Shown one piece after another: positions 61,101-64,000 of a stretch of DNA of 64,000 nucleotides (positions within the stretch are counted from its first letter, which is position 1; each line of letters opens with the position of its first letter). The stretch is from Macrostomum lignano (taxonomy: Eukaryota): the NCBI GenBank assembly GCA_002269645.1, contig NIVC01001419.1:1-64000 (forward strand), given 5' to 3'. A model generated the notes under the pieces. It worked only from the letters and a program-made list of their open reading frames with translations, had not been told where the DNA came from and ran no database searches. The translations under genes were made by a program, and so were the position numbers.

Positions 61101-64000
61101 GCATTGCACTGACCTTGTGCAAATCTACAAGCTCTGGTTTCTCACCAACTGATTTAGTGTAGCATTGCACTGACCTTGTGCAAATCTACAAGCTCTGGTT
61201 TCTCACCAACTGATTTAGTGTAGCATTGCACTGACCTTGTGCAAATCTACAAGCTCTGGTTTCTCACCAACTGATTTAGTGTAGCATTGCACTGACCTTG
61301 TGCAAATCTACAAGCTCTGGTTTCTCACCAACTGATTTAGTGTAGCATTGCACTGACCTTGTGCAAATCTACAAGCTCTGGTTTCTCACCAACTGATTTA
61401 GTGTAGCATTGCACTGACCTTGTGCAAATCTACAAGCTCTGGTTTCTCACCAACTGATTTAGTGTAGCATTGCACTGACCTTGTGCAAATCTACAAGCTC
61501 TGGTTTCTCACCAACTGATTTAGTGTAGCATTGCACTGACCTTGTGCAAATCTACAAGCTCTGGTTTCTCACCAACTGATTTAGTGTAGCATTGCACTGA
61601 CCTTGTGCAAATCTACAAGCTCTGGTTTCTCACCAACTGATTTAGTGTAGCATTGCACTGACCTTGTGCAAATCTACAAGCTCTGGTTTCTCACCAACTG
61701 ATTTAGTGTAGCATTGCACTGACCTTGTGCAAATCTACAAGCTCTGGTTTCTCACCAACTGATTTAGTGTAGCATTGCACTGACCTTGTGCAAATCTACA
61801 AGCTCTGGTTTCTCACCAACTGATTTAGTGTAGCATTGCACTGACCTTGTGCAAATCTACAAGCTCTGGTTTCTCACCAACTGATTTAGTGTAGCATTGC
61901 ACTGACCTTGTGCAAATCTACAAGCTCTGGTTTCTCACCAACTGATTTAGTGTAGCATTGCACTGACCTTGTGCAAATCTACAAGCTCTGGTTTCTCACC
62001 AACTGATTTAGTGTAGCATTGCACTGACCTTGTGCAAATCTACAAGCTCTGGTTTCTCACCAACTGATTTAGTGTAGCATTGCACTGACCTTGTGCAAAT
62101 CTACAAGCTCTGGTTTCTCACCAACTGATTTAGTGTAGCATTGCACTGACCTTGTGCAAATCTACAAGCTCTGGTTTCTCACCAACTGATTTAGTGTAGC
62201 ATTGCACTGACCTTGTGCAAATCTACAAGCTCTGGTTTCTCACCAACTGATTTAGTGTAGCATTGCACTGACCTTGTGCAAATCTACAAGCTCTGGTTTC
62301 TCACCAACTGATTTAGTGTAGCATTGCACTGACCTTGTGCAAATCTACAAGCTCTGGTTTCTCACCAACTGATTTAGTGTAGCATTGCACTGACCTTGTG
62401 CAAATCTACAAGCTCTGGTTTCTCACCAACTGATTTAGTGTAGCATTGCACTGACCTTGTGCAAATCTACAAGCTCTGGTTTCTCACCAACTGATTTAGT
62501 GTAGCATTGCACTGACCTTGTGCAAATCTACAAGCTCTGGTTTCTCACCAACTGATTTAGTGTAGCATTGCACTGACCTTGTGCAAATCTACAAGCTCTG
62601 GTTTCTCACCAACTGATTTAGTGTAGCATTGCACTGACCTTGTGCAAATCTACAAGCTCTGGTTTCTCACCAACTGATTTAGTGTAGCATTGCACTGACC
62701 TTGTGCAAATCTACAAGCTCTGGTTTCTCACCAACTGATTTAGTGTAGCATTGCACTGACCTTGTGCAAATCTACAAGCTCTGGTTTCTCACCAACTGAT
62801 TTAGTGTAGCATTGCACTGACCTTGTGCAAATCTACAAGCTCTGGTTTCTCACCAACTGATTTAGTGTAGCATTGCACTGACCTTGTGCAAATCTACAAG
62901 CTCTGGTTTCTCACCAACTGATTTAGTGTAGCATTGCACTGACCTTGTGCAAATCTACAAGCTCTGGTTTCTCACCAACTGATTTAGTGTAGCATTGCAC
63001 TGACCTTGTGCAAATCTACAAGCTCTGGTTTCTCACCAACTGATTTAGTGTAGCATTGCACTGACCTTGTGCAAATCTACAAGCTCTGGTTTCTCACCAA
63101 CTGATTTAGTGTAGCATTGCACTGACCTTGTGCAAATCTACAAGCTCTGGTTTCTCACCAACTGATTTAGTGTAGCATTGCACTGACCTTGTGCAAATCT
63201 ACAAGCTCTGGTTTCTCACCAACTGATTTAGTGTAGCATTGCACTGACCTTGTGCAAATCTACAAGCTCTGGTTTCTCACCAACTGATTTAGTGTAGCAT
63301 TGCACTGACCTTGTGCAAATCTACAAGCTCTGGTTTCTCACCAACTGATTTAGTGTAGCATTGCACTGACCTTGTGCAAATCTACAAGCTCTGGTTTCTC
63401 ACCAACTGATTTAGTGTAGCATTGCACTGACCTTGTGCAAATCTACAAGCTCTGGTTTCTCACCAACTGATTTAGTGTAGCATTGCACTGACCTTGTGCA
63501 AATCTACAAGCTCTGGTTTCTCACCAACTGATTTAGTGTAGCATTGCACTGACCTTGTGCAAATCTACAAGCTCTGGTTTCTCACCAACTGATTTAGTGT
63601 AGCATTGCACTGACCTTGTGCAAATCTACAAGCTCTGGTTTCTCACCAACTGATTTAGTGTAGCATTGCACTGACCTTGTGCAAATCTACAAGCTCTGGT
63701 TTCTCACCAACTGATTTAGTGTAGCATTGCACTGACCTTGTGCAAATCTACAAGCTCTGGTTTCTCACCAACTGATTTAGTGTAGCATTGCACTGACCTT
63801 GTGCAAATCTACAAGCTCTGGTTTCTCACCAACTGATTTAGTGTAGCATTGCACTGACCTTGTGCAAATCTACAAGCTCTGGTTTCTCACCAACTGATTT
63901 AGTGTAGCATTGCACTGACCTTGTGCAAATCTACAAGCTCTGGTTTCTCACCAACTGATTTAGTGTAGCATTGCACTGACCTTGTGCAAATCTACAAGCT
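46184..64000. repeat. 61-bp satellite, about 292 near-identical copies, running off the window end
   Basis: Unit ctctggtttctcaccaactgatttagtgtagcattgcactgaccttgtgcaaatctacaag. The register recurs every 3660 bp (47041, 50701, 54361, 58021, 61681), so there is no net indel. I saw only a variant first unit and one 1-bp deletion near 46432. Confidence 0.99.

Noticed and set aside
46184-64000. CRISPR array (palindromic repeat unit)
   Set aside because: Units are head-to-tail identical with no unique spacers, there are no cas genes, and the context is a eukaryotic intron-containing genome.
46184-64000. Hammerhead ribozyme satellite (as in Schistosoma or newt satellites)
   Set aside because: Neither strand has the CUGANGA core together with GAAA in the required order. 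The + strand has ctgattt/ctgacct only and the - strand has gaaa only.

Overview
Eukaryotic (metazoan) genomic DNA. It is most likely a free-living flatworm such as Macrostomum; this is inferred from GC-rich exons, minisatellite-filled introns and flatworm-like GPCR and DEG/ENaC genes, and is not proven. Genes reconstructed from splice sites, phase and homology: a 5-exon TMEM87 (+), an intronless DEG/ENaC channel (-), two exons of an orphan gene (+), a 3-exon MIEAP/SPATA18-domain gene (+), an intronless class A peptide-type GPCR (+), a 4-exon OGFOD2 with a probable GC-AG intron (+), and the 5' part of a GT10 alpha-1,3-fucosyltransferase (+). The mobile content is a complete but disrupted P-element (THAP transposase, 44-bp TIRs, 7-bp TSD), several MITEs with TIRs and TSDs, tRNA-derived SINEs, a Tc1/IS630-type deletion derivative and a Ty3/Gypsy pol remnant. 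Three patterns stand out. (1) Most introns hold their own distinct minisatellite, and most of these share an ATCCC-like C-rich core. (2) About 292 near-identical copies of a 61-bp hairpin-forming unit fill 46.2-64 kb, apparently inside the fucosyltransferase intron. (3) Sharply bounded CpG-void, TpA-rich tracts carry a directional, RIP-like mutation signature. There is no CRISPR array, rRNA or true tRNA gene. All counts and alignments were done by eye.
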